DNA of 64,000 nucleotides from Chrysomallon squamiferum (taxonomy: Eukaryota; Animalia; Mollusca). Below are positions 10,253-22,159 of the stretch, piece after piece. Numbering within the stretch: position 1 is the first letter of the stretch; each line of letters starts with the position of its first letter. The notes below the pieces were generated by a model that worked only from the letters and a program-made list of their open reading frames with translations, had not been told where the DNA came from and did no database searches. The translations under genes and the position numbers were made by a program. The DNA lies in NCBI GenBank assembly GCA_012295275.1, contig CM022674.1, forward strand, positions 9,300,001 through 9,364,000, read 5' to 3'.

Positions 10253-13049
10253 AAACTCATGCAAAATAAACAAGCTAATAATTGCATGAAATAATAATGC
10301 TGGTTTTATTTAACAGAGAGCTTTCACTGTTGGAATTGGAGGCCCAGTTGGATCGGGTAAAACTGCTTTAGTGTTGAGTCTTTGTAGACAGCTCAAAGAT
10401 AAATATGGAATTTGTGTTGTTACTAATGACATTTTTACCAGGTGAATAAATTTGTTCTCAGTCTTGCATTTAAACTGAATGATTTTTTTTAGAAAAGAGC
10501 AGAGAAAGATCTTTTTACCTTTATGTTTATTAATAATGTGTTTTTAGCTGCATTTACATTGATATTTAAAACTGTTTCAGATCACATTTTGCGGTAGACT
10601 GATTTCTAAAAATAAACTTCTTTGTTTGCTTCACACACACACACACACACTGATATGTTGGAAATACTGAACAAAGGTCATTTAAACTGAGAAAATATAT
10701 TTTTAACTCTCTCTCTCTCTATATATATATAAACACATACATACATACATGTATGTCTTTTCTGCAGACACCTTCATCTTTATAACTTTTATTATTCTTT
10801 TTGAACTTATGTGATGAAATATATTTAGCCATCAAAAAAATATTATGTTATTAATTAGCAAGAAAAATTATTAAGAATACTTAGTGTAATCTGTGTCATT
10901 AATTGTTTATACATACATACATACACTGACTCAATGGCTGAATGGTAATGTTGTCCGCCTTTGGAGTGCAAGTGAATGGATTTGTTAGGTTGTGATTGGG
11001 CTTTGTCCTCCTGCATCAGTGCGTTCCCAAATATTGTCTATGTGCAGAGTCTAATCAGAGAATATTCAAATCCTAAAATACATATATACATAATACCTAA
11101 TTTAAAAATGTGATTCTACTGTGACCGATTCCTTCTTTAATTATTTTCATAAAACTGTAAATAATTTAATTGAAACTTTCAGAGAAGACTGGGAGTTTCT
11201 GGTTAAAAACAAAGCTCTGCCAGAAGAGAGAATGAAAGCAGTAGAAACTGGAGGATGTCCTCATGCTGCTATTAGAGAGGTATTAACAAATTCTTAATTA
11301 GATGTTATCCAACTCTTAGGTTTTGTCTTAATATTAAAATAACTGTTTTAATAAACTTTAAAAAAAAGATGTTTGCTTGTATGTTTAAAATAAAGTAAAA
11401 AAAATTATATTGTATTAATTTATCTTCAGGATTATTCACTCAACATGGAAGAAGTTAAAGAGCTAACAGAGAACTTCAAGCCACAAATTGTGTTTATAGA
11501 ATCAGGGGGAGATAATCTGGCAGCAAATTTCAGTCGAGAGTTAGCAGATTACATTATTTATGTCATTGATGTTGCAGGTAACATTATCTGTGTTGTTGAT
11601 GTAGCAGGTAACATTATCTGTGTTGTTGATGTACAGGTAACATTATCTATGTTGTTGATGTAGTAGGTAACATTTGTGTTGTTGATGTAGCAGGTAACAT
11701 TTGTGTTGATGTAGCAGGTAACATTATCTGTGTTGTTGATGTAACAGGTGACATTATTTGTGTTGTTGATGTAGCAGGTAACATTTGTGTTGTTGATGTA
11801 GCAGGTAACATTATTTGTGTTGTTGATGTACAGGTAACATTATCTATGTTGTTGATGTAGTAGGTAACATCTGTGTTGTTGATGTAGCAGGTAACATTAT
11901 CTGTGTTGTTGATGTACAGGTAACATTATCTATGTTGTTGATGTAGCAGGTAACATTTGTGTTGTTGATGTAGCAGGTGACATTTGTGTTGTTGATGTAG
12001 CAGGTAACATTTGTGTTGTTGATGTAGCAGGTGACATTATTTGTGTTGTTGATGTAGCAGGTAACATTTGTGTTGTTGATATAGCAGGTAACATTATTTG
12101 TGTTGTTGATGTAACAGGTGACATTATCTGTGTTGTTGATGTTGCAGGTAACATTATTTGTGTTGTTTATGTAGCAGGTAACATTATTTGTGTTGTTGAT
12201 GTAACAGGTGACATTATTTGTATTGTTAACATAGCAGATAACATTATCTGTGTTGTTGATGTACCATTGTCTATGTTGCTGATGTAGTAGATGACATTTG
12301 TGTTGTTGATGTAGCAGTATCTTTATTAAACTTTCATTTCATTTCATTTTTATAGAATGAGTAGTTAGCATTTTCTGTGCTCTGTTTATGTTGCAGTCTT
12401 TATATTTCATTAGATATAATTAATTCTGTTTTAATGTAATATGTAAAAATTGATATAAACTGATATCAAGGTCTGAAGAATATTATGTTTTTAAACAGGA
12501 GGTGACAAAATTCCAAGGAAAGGTGGACCAGGGATTACTCAGAGTGATCTGCTTGTTATAAATAAAACTGATCTTGCAGATGCAGTTGGAGCTGATTTAA
12601 AGGTACACCAGACTTTGTTCAAATAAAAACTGCTCTTTTAATAATTACAATACCTTTCTGTCATTCAGGTTGATAATTAAAAAAAATAAGTGGGTAATAT
12701 TTTTATTGCACAGATAATTAGATTACTTGCCTCCAGTTTACAAACAAATACTAACAATACTTTGAGTGAATTTAAATAAAATTAACTTCTTTCAATTACT
12801 AGATGAACATTTAAATCATGATGCTAGGATTTCACTTATTATAGCTTTGTAATTTTTCGTTCATCTTGCTCTCTTGCTATACACACATACACTTACTTTT
12901 CTAGATATTTACTGTTTCAGGTGATGGAAAGAGATGCTATTTTAATGAGACAAAATGGTCCTACTTTATTTGCCCAGGCAAAACATTTGATTGGTGTAGA
13001 CAAAATAGCTGAACTTATAATTGAAGCATACAAATCTCAGACCAGTTGA
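8634..13049 (+). CDS. UREG: Urease accessory protein G (Ni-insertion GTPase) with His-rich N-terminus
   Basis: Exons 8634-8667, 9345/9348-9487 ([16 protein letters not shown]...PGQF..RE.P), 10317-10441 ([19 protein letters not shown]-loop; VVTNDIFT), 11183-11279 ([13 protein letters not shown]), 11430-11577 ([26 protein letters not shown]), 12499-12602 ([26 protein letters not shown]), 12921-13049 (stop TGA). All GT-AG and phase-consistent; AATAAA at 13136. Confidence 0.97.
10927..11172 (+). repeat. Dispersed repeat copy B in ureG intron 3, inverted partner of 4752-4997
   Basis: Reverse complement of copy A; ends 10 nt before ureG exon 4 (11183). Differences from copy A are enriched in CpG to TpG/CpA changes. 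Confidence 0.85.
11545..12317 (+). repeat. Minisatellite, roughly 26-27 units of 27-30 bp, derived from the ureG exon 5 end and splice donor
   Basis: Unit gatgtagcaggtaacattatctgtgttgtt; aligns with the exon end gcagattacattatttatgtcattgatgttgcag|gtaac. Confidence 0.93.
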
Positions 13050-14198
13050 GACCAGTGATGTGTTTTTAATTTCTTGGAAGAAGTAATGACTTTATACAAA
13101 TTATTGTCAATAACTGATTATTTTTCAAAATACTGAATAAAATGTCATTATTTGACAATGTAATTAAGCTTTTAATATATATTTTAAAAGATTTTGTCTA
13201 TATGCTGATAATTCTTTTAAAATCTGCATCAGTATTTTGGATACAAGAAAAAAAGAACAGGCTATTCTATAAATGCACTGGTCTTCTTTAAAATGGGATC
13301 AGACTGAAATCTTGAAACGCACATTTACAAAGTACATTAAAAATATCTTAACCATTCTGGTCACCAGTCTGTATAGCAGAAGATTGTAATCTTTGTTCAG
13401 GGTTGAATTTTCTATTTTTTGGAGAACTAATTGGTCTTTATTTTTTTATTATTATTTATTTTTCAACAGTCATTAAACATATTAACTATTTTCATAACCT
13501 CTTTAAAATATTTCTAGATATCATGTTATAAACAGTTTCTTATTTTCAATTTTAATTTGAATTAATGCAAATATCTATCTCAGAAATTCAAATTGAAAGT
13601 AAATTCAACTTGTTACCCTTAAATAATGTAAAAAGTATTTTAATAATAATAATAATAAATGTTTGACAAATACATCATTTTATTTATGTGTATCTCGCCT
13701 TATTTCAGCTATATAAATACCTGTAATAAAGAAGAAAATGTTTCAACAAATATAGTTGTGGAAATAAATAAGAAACCGGTTTGGAAATTCTGAAGTACCA
13801 CAGCTGCCAGCATTTAAACTTGCATTATCAGAATACTATTAATCTGGAAATACAACTTTTCAAATGAAGAATAAAAAGGGTCCATACCTCTAATATAAAT
13901 TATTTATTTCTCTTTTCAGTTATCAAAAGCAAATTACAGAATTTAACTAAGAAGAATTTTATTCTTTTATAAATTAAGCAGTCTTATATTAACAAGTATA
14001 AACAAATTTCTTAAATAGTACTTTCTGCTTACTTCTTAGCTATTGTACAATTTTTATTTATTTATTTATTTTATATATATATATAATATATTTTTTAATG
14101 TTTTTATGTCAGATAAACTTGTTAGTTAAGGGATAATCACATGGAAATTTGCAGTATATACATGTAATATTTTTTAATTGTGTTACCTTCATATGACT

Positions 14199-15742
14199 TT
14201 ATTCCTTTGTTGGTTCGTGGTACTGCAGATGGTAAGTCTTGTGACGAATACACAAGAAAGAGTCGAGTCTGTCATGGTATTTCTCACGAATTTCTTCATG
14301 GTTCCCTGGGGTTTCTCCATCGTGATCTAAAATCTGCTGATAGAGTTCGTCCTGAAAATTAAAAGAAAATGAAACAATGCAAATCATGCACATGTACCTG
14401 AATATGTTGGAACGTTGTTATGAAAATAAATAATTGAAACTACTAAATAAATTTAAAATATAAAAGAAAAAGATAAAAAGTAAAAAAAAAAACAACAACA
14501 AATAAATGAAAACAGTTTTCCAAACCAAATCTTGCTATTTTCTTCAACAGATATTATTCAATACAAACACACATACAAAATATCCACCCAGCCCCCTCCC
14601 TCACAAATAATAATAATTAAATAATAAAGACTGCTTTTCTACTGATGAGGATGTAGTCTAGGATTTGATACTAGGTTGAGAAACAATTGAAAAATAGTTT
14701 TATATAAGGTCAGAAATGCATCCATAGTCGTCAGTCTACAACATTATCACGGGGTTGTTAGTTTTAGTTTCTGGAAAAGAAAAAGAAATAAATGACCTAT
14801 AAAACAAAAAAATTCTGTCTCGTCCATTTATTACTTTAGAACCAAAGATAATGTACATGTTGCAAATAACTGCTCTAAATACAACTGGTCGAAAATGCAT
14901 GCCACTAAATAATAATAATGATAATAAATAATGATAATAATAATGATAATAATAATAATAATACCTCAATTTTCTCCCTGGTGGCTCTGTGGTGCATGTC
15001 ATTACGCAGTTCATCTGAGATTTCAACAATCCAGCATGACTCGGAGTTTCTGATCACAAGAATTTGCTGTTTGGAAAGAAACAAGTTGGCAGCCATTCAG
15101 TACTTTTATCGGCAGTGAGTATGTCAGTCGGTAAGACAACTCCACTGACATGAAATCATGTGGTATCAGTATGTAACAACAATGACCCTATACAAACGTT
15201 AGCTAATTAATGTAATCTGTTTTTATATATATATATATATACTCACGTTGTTGTCATGATATGTGAAATGATAACCATGGATACGGTCACCTGCTGAACC
15301 CCACGGGAATAATGGGAAAAGCTGTCCCTATTAAATAAGTAAATAAATAAAATTATTTTAATAAAAATAAATAAATAAAATAAAGGAAAAGTTAATTCAT
15401 ATTTATAAATATTTTAAAATCCTTTTAAAATCATTCATCTCCAGTATAATCAATGACTGAAAAATGTCTTAATACAAATAGCAAATATATCATTATGTGT
15501 CACAAATGCATATCATTTGTTCATTCATTCTTTCTTTTACATTCTAGTTAAAAACAAGTAATTTAACTCGAGCAATTGATTCTTAGTGTTTATTTTTTTT
15601 CTGAGATTAATATGCTAAACATATTTTAAATGTTTCTCTGAATCCATTATAAATAAAAATGAATATATTTTCACAAACAGGGGTAATAATCTTGACTTAC
15701 CAAGGCTACTCCACATAGAGTGAGTAAAATAAAGCTGTTCAT
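14199..15742 (-). CDS. Small secreted His-rich protein A (125 aa), BRICHOS-like
   Basis: Four phase-0 GT-AG exons: 15742-15701 MNSFILLTLCGVAL; 15327-15247 GQLFPLFPWGSAGDRIHGYHFTYHDNN; 15066-14965 QILVIRNSESCWIVEISDELRNDMHHRATREKIE; 14351-14199 DELYQQILDHDGETPGNHEEIREKYHDRLDSFLCIRHKTYHLQYHEPTKE*. Structure confirmed by paralog B; BRICHOS assignment is inference. Confidence 0.9.
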
Positions 15743-15777
15743 GATGACAGGAAACAAACAGTGTGAGACAAATCTGC

Positions 15778-15785
15778 TTCTTATA
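15778..15785 (-). promoter_or_regulatory. TATA-like box of paralog A
   Basis: TATAAGAA on the minus strand ~36 nt upstream of the ATG; equivalent position in paralog B. Confidence 0.5.
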
Positions 15786-17340
15786 GAACATAAAGTTACA
15801 CTCCTGTATTTCTTCTGGGAATATCGTAGTAAGTAACAGATTGTGATTAAACTAGAAACATGAAAATCGTGATAACATTTTCATATGTTTAACAGAGCCT
15901 TCTTTATTAGGACTCGTGTATTTAATTTTGAATAAATACATATTCTAGAAAGATATTTATCAGAAGGCAAATTATTAGTATTGGCAGCCTCACAAGAATA
16001 TTAAAACCAAACTTTAGTGGTTCCCATCTAGTTTAATAATAATACATATTTTCAAATTAATACGAATAATTATTTTGAGAAATATATATATAAAGTGATA
16101 AAAAATTCTACTTTATGGGAGTCAAATTTTAAACTATTCCGTCTTAAACATTATTCAAACTTAAAATGTCAAAACTTCAGAAATTAAAACAATGGCAACA
16201 TGTCGACCATACATCTTTAGTCGATGACGTGTTTAGTTCCCTGGACCGCATAGAAGTTAATTTTGAAACAAAACCATAACAATATTAGAGAACAACACCT
16301 CTTTTTAATGATTAATTTAAAACTGAGGATAAACAGATATTTTATTGATTTAAATTTGTTTAACTGATTCTCTTGTCCTAAGCAGTGAACTCTCAACAAA
16401 CATTATGCAAACTACTCTCTAACTACCACATAATGTTTTCATAACATAACCATAACATTGTGGTTTGTTTGTATATTGGTTATTAAGGCAGTAACGTTAT
16501 AATACAACCTAATTTGAATAGATATTATTTATCTCAGTGGTCCCTGGGCATTTGATACTTTATAAATAAACTGGTACAAAGTTATAGAAAAACAGTGTAT
16601 GATCCTGAATAACAAATTATTTATCTCAGATTATTTGTTTTATTATTAATCAATCTTCGCTGGCTTATTCTAATTTCTAATGGATCCCGTGTATATGGTT
16701 AATTCTTCTTTGTTTTGTCTTTTAATCCAGTACGGTGAATCATACTTATGAAATCAAAATACTTAACTAGTAGTTAATAATTATTATTTTAAAATTAGTA
16801 GTTTCTCAAATTGGTTTTAAAAGGGTATGACCATATAGGTACCTGCATTATCAGTATGGAGGGTCCAATCTCATCATGGTAGACAGCATATTTTTTATAA
16901 TTGCATGGTTTATCAGTAACAACTATGAATTTAATAAATCAACACGAGAAAGAGAAGACCATCATATGGCGGCAGCTTTGTCAATGTTTTTATAAAATTG
17001 TAATTTAAAAACATTTTGAGAAGGCACGTGCATTGTTATATAGAACAATTGTTTTCAATTAAATAAAAACAAATCGTTTTATAAATTGTCTATCTGTTTA
17101 TTTCTACCTGGTCAAAATACAGCAAAACCATCGTTCCTGTGTAAGAGATAAATAATAAATTCAGAGAATTCATAAATGAAACAATAAATCTTTAAAATAT
17201 GGATTTGTAAGACTGTATTTATTATTATGAGAATAACAATTCATTTTACCATCAAAATAATTATATGACCAATATTTTTGTTTAATTTCATGTATTTTTT
17301 GACAGACGCTTTCTTTAATAATGAGCACTCAGTTAATACC

Positions 17341-17560
17341 TCATGGTTGAGTCGCCTCTGTTGTTTCAATTTCTTCTATTGCTACTGATGTCTTTGGCTC
17401 AGGTTCATAAATTAGATGATAGGTCTTGTGTCGCATACACATGAAGTAGTCCATTCTATCGTTGTATTTGTCACGGATTTCTTCATGGTTGCCTGGAGTT
17501 TCTCCATTATGCAAAAGAATCTGCTGATACAATTCATCCTAGAAAATAATAATAGTAGTA

Positions 17561-17621
<61 letters not shown>

Positions 17622-18222
17622 TGATGATGATGATGATAAAGTAAATATAAATCCTAATATCAGTTAAATGAGTTTACCTCGATCCGTTCTCTGGTTTGCT
17701 GATCATGCATTAGTGTGCGTAGATCGTCAGAGATTTCTACAAGCCAGCAAGAGTCCATGTTTCGGATCAGAAGGAGATGCTGGATATAACAATACAGTAA
17801 GAACACTAAAGACTGCAGTTTTAAATTATAGTAATCATAAATTAAGTTAATTAGAAAGCACGCAGCTACTTTATAGTTTAATCAAAGGAATCCGATATAT
17901 ATTATTTAATATTAAATTCCTTTATTTGTTACAGATAGAGTGTTACCATTTTTCATTCCTCTCTGCAAATTTCCATCATTTTATTGTAGTTGTTTCCGTC
18001 TTTTGGTTGTTTTATATTTCATTTGTATTATATTAATGGATAAAATTATCTTTGAACTCACGTTGTCATCGTGGTAAATAAAATGAAATTCGTGAATGCG
18101 ATCTCCGCTTGAACCCCACAACATGTGATTGTGAAAAGGACCGAACTGCCCCTGCGCCATAAAATGTAAAACAACGACAACACAATTTAAATATTTAAAC
18201 AATTATGATAATGCAAAAGATT

Positions 18223-18285
<63 letters not shown>

Positions 18286-18347
18286 AATAATAAAAGTAAA
18301 ACAATAAAGTAAAAACATCTGTAAAAAAGTAGAGCTGACTTATCAGC

Positions 18348-18381
<34 letters not shown>

Positions 18382-18611
18382 ATTTATTAGCAGTTTAAGA
18401 AAAGTCCCACTTTAACTAAAATATTGAAAAGGGAAAAGGATTTTCACCATGAGCGTTTATTGCCATATATGTTTCTTACATATTTAATTATCAGTAATCT
18501 TCGTTTTTGAACATATATTTTAATAATTCTTAATATAAAGTTAGAGAAGAATGCATTATTAAAACTTACCAGGGCCACGGAAATCAAACTGAGAAATATT
18601 AAAGTGTTCAT
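17341..18611 (-). CDS. Small secreted His-rich protein B (143 aa), BRICHOS-like, paralog of A
   Basis: Exons 18611-18570 MNTLIFLSLISVAL; 18151-18062 GQFGPFHNHMLWGSSGDRIHEFHFIYHDDN; 17779-17678 HLLLIRNMDSCWLVEISDDLRTLMHDQQTRERIE; 17538-17341 DELYQQILLHNGETPGNHEEIRDKYNDRMDYFMCMRHKTYHLIYEPEPKTSVAIEEIETTEATQP*. Confidence 0.9.
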
Positions 18612-18655
18612 GATGCTGTTAAGCTGAAAACACAAACCTCTTTTGTTCAGGTTGG

Positions 18656-18663
18656 TTTTTATA
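18656..18663 (-). promoter_or_regulatory. TATA box of paralog B
   Basis: TATAAAAA on the minus strand 45 nt upstream of the ATG. Confidence 0.6.
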
Positions 18664-20079
18664 GGAAACTTTTCACATCGATGGGAATCAGAAACTTGGG
18701 AACAGATTGCATGTTTGAAACCTAAAAAAATTATTTTGTGATTTATGACCTTTTGTTACCTGTTAAGTGATTAAAAGTTGCAAATAATGCACATTTTTCC
18801 TTGGGGAAATCAGTGTAGTCAGCATTTTGTCGAATATCGTTATCACCAGTATCTCACCTTAATCATGGTTTTCTTGTTATTCCTAAAACTGGCTGATAGT
18901 GATGAAAAATAAAATTCAAAAACTATTAGAAGCTGTTTACACGAGTTTCATGGCATTCAGTTATTCAGCTTAAGATCAGAGTTGTTTTAAATATTGTTAA
19001 CAGTGAAATTTGTGAAAGGCTCTTTTTCGACGCCTAGAAATTTAATTTAAATGACGATATTAGTCTTTTCACATCTTTTTATTTAAATTTAAATTATTTT
19101 TTAAAAAGAATTTTAATTTTACTTATTTCTGTACATATTTACCTACGCATAATAAGCTAATTTAATATATTTTATTTATAATGATTAAGATATATGAAGT
19201 TGTCAGAGAGAAAACATACGTATGAGTAAATAAAGTTTATCTGGTTCGGGGTTAGCATTCATCGGAATCACAGTTTTCTCATTTATTGTGTAACTGATGA
19301 AAACATTTACCCACGATGAATATGTGTTCTTTTCGTTTTCTTGTTTTTGGGGTTTCTTTTTTTTTTTTTTTGGCCGTAAGAATATTTATAGTCCCTGGAA
19401 AACGATTTTCTTTTTCCCCCGTGCACGGTAGAACTAATATTTGGCAAATATTAGTTCCTCAAGCTTTAAGTTATAGAATTAAGGTGAAACTTTCAGACTT
19501 TGATAAAATTACATTTTCGAAAAACTCAATTTCCTCAATATTTTCACACCAGTGTAAATAAGAATTAGAAAAATAAGATGCAGAAGGGGGACGGGGAGGG
19601 TGCACATTATTCTTTGTTCCTTTAAACTACTGATATTCCTAATATTAAACGATAAATAAATGATAATACATATTTAGTAGAATAATCTAATTTAATTACA
19701 TATATGTGTACAGGGTGAGAATATATATAATAATTGAGATACAAACTTTCAGTGATTGCTGATTGTGCTGGTTGCACAATGAAAATTAGTCCTGCTATTT
19801 AGTGCCAAAGTCTTATGATTGTGAATATGGTGATAAGCTTAATTCTTTGATTAACCAAACCATCCTCTCAACATGTGCGATCAGCTGCTAGCCAGCTAAT
19901 CAAGCTACCTTAGCATCCTCCTTTTATATTTCCGGGATCCACATTTGAGGAGACTGAAGTGTATGATAATGCAGATGTCAGCTCCAAGCAATATGTGTTT
20001 AAAAAAATAAAAAGAGACTTAACTTAAAATTTATATGTACAGGTGTTAGGTCACTGGGTAATGTCTTAGCTAATTTGTT

Positions 20080-20400
20080 GTATCGTTACCTTTTTTCACA
20101 ATGTGCACACTAGTCCTTACAGTCATCACTTATGCCTTTCCAGAAAAAAAATGGCTCCTTAACTTCTGCCACATTTTCTCCCTGGCAAAATGTTCTCCTT
20201 ATAACTCATTATCATGGACAGACTGTCGAATTTTGGTTTTCTGGGACACAGGGAGAGCATCAACAGAGTAACACTAATGTAACACTGGGCTGCCTTGCGA
20301 AGTGTTCTTTTCTGGTTTTTGGAATAATCCTCAGGGTGTGAATCAAAAAAAATCGTCAATGGACTTACCTACATGTTCATACAAGTTAGTTTGGTCATGA
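20080..20400 (-). mobile_element. Degenerate Gypsy/GIN-like integrase fragment
   Basis: Minus-strand translation gives HPEDYSKNQKRTLRKAAQCY and FWKGISDDCKD*CAHCEKR*RYN, resembling the integrase zinc-binding region (YWKG...V..Y...C..CQR); stops and frameshifts present. Confidence 0.5.
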
Positions 20401-21128
20401 CATGTTGGCAAAAACTTCAGACGCTGTGTTATTTTAGCTCTTTAATTAAAAGAACGAGGCACAATACAACATGTATCAAAGAGAGGACGTGCATAGGCTT
20501 ACAATATGAGTATATATAATAAAAGAATTATTGAAAATTTAGGGATGAATATTTTCACATTCATTTGAAAAAGGGAATATCCCTATTTTCAAGATGGGAC
20601 TAAATGAAAGGGTAACTAACCGAGGTGCTGGAGAAGAACTGGAGGAATCTGAAGATAAAACAGGAATATACAGGGATGAAGGTTACCTTAGAGATTCATT
20701 ATGATATAAATTATATTACTACTGAGACAAAAAAAAAAAAAGAAGAAAAAGATGATTATTAATCTCTCCCAAAAGATGAAATAGGTCAAAATGTTTCAGA
20801 ACTAAACATTTTGTTTTATGATACGAAAATAACTTGTCTTACACAAACACACACACACACACACAAAAAAATTATTATTCATTTACAACTTTATTTGTAA
20901 ATTTAAATTAAGTTGTGTAAAATATGATATTCATTTGATAATGCGTAGAATAATAAACTATACAATTTAACTTAATAGATTGCATCATGGAAATTTCATA
21001 TAAAATCACATTGTAGTCAATAGACGTCAGGTGTTATGCAAACATGATAGATAAAAATGTTCACATTTTACGCTGATCTAGAAAGATAAGTAAGTAACTC
21101 TCCGAATTCTTGATCCCACAAACCAGCC

Positions 21129-22103
21129 ATGTTTTTCACTCTGCTCATCATTTTGGCAAGTTTTTCTTTTGTAAGTAGTTTTTTAAAACATTTTTGCATA
21201 AGATTTAATAAATTTTAAATGACAATATTAATTAGTTTTAAAGGAAATTAAAATATTTAAAGAAAAAGAAATTCAATGTTCTATTAGAATATAAATATTA
21301 AGTTGCGTTTTACTTCTGCAGTGTGAAAAAATAAATCTGCCTTTATTTGGAATATTGTATAAATTTGCATTGGTTAATGCGTTAGATTATAACTTTAATA
21401 GTGTTAAAAAAAACATGATTCAATATATGTATGATTATTGCCACTTCAACCCAACAAGCACAAAAACAAAAAACCACACACACGAAAAAAACAAAACAAC
21501 AACAACAAACAAATAATAATAATAAAATAAATTTAAAAAATGATTAAAAGAAAGAAACAAACAATTTGTTATCACTTTTTTATTATTATAATGACTAATA
21601 TTTAAATTTCCTTTTTATTTGCTATCTTCATTTTATATCTGTAAATAAAAACTGTAATTTGGTTATCCTTACGAAAAGCCTCCGTATTGGTATATCCTTT
21701 CCAGCTGTGCTACTTTATTTCACCATACTGAGTATTAATTTAGTATAAATATATATTGTTTAAAAATAAATATGTTTGCAAGACACAGTTCCCTGAAAAT
21801 ACCTGATGAATATACTAAATATATTATAGAACATTAAAATAAACAAATTTATTCTTCAGGTGACACCTTCTTTCTACAAAGGGTTTCATTTTGAGTATCA
21901 TAACAGACATGTGAGTTGTAATTACTTCTTACGTTGCAGAAAACACAAGCTTCTATCAGTTCTAGTAAATTAAATTATTAAATGTGTGGCCTGTTAACGC
22001 ATTTTTAAAATTCCTGTTATCTCTGTAAAATTAACAGTTAATAATGTTTGGACTTTTAATCGGTTATTTAAGAATGGACAAATCATTGTATGTATGCATA
22101 TGT

Positions 22104-22159
<56 letters not shown>

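Noticed and set aside
11545-12317. CRISPR-like array, or Thr-rich ORF 11930-12154 (MLPATSTTQ repeats)
   Set aside because: No unique spacers and no cas genes; contiguous tandem units in a eukaryotic intron. The ORF is the antisense reading of the minisatellite.
339-13049. Bacterial contamination or recent horizontal transfer of a urease operon
   Set aside because: Many spliceosomal introns, fused subunits, His-rich eukaryote-type UreG and host-like repeats inside the introns.
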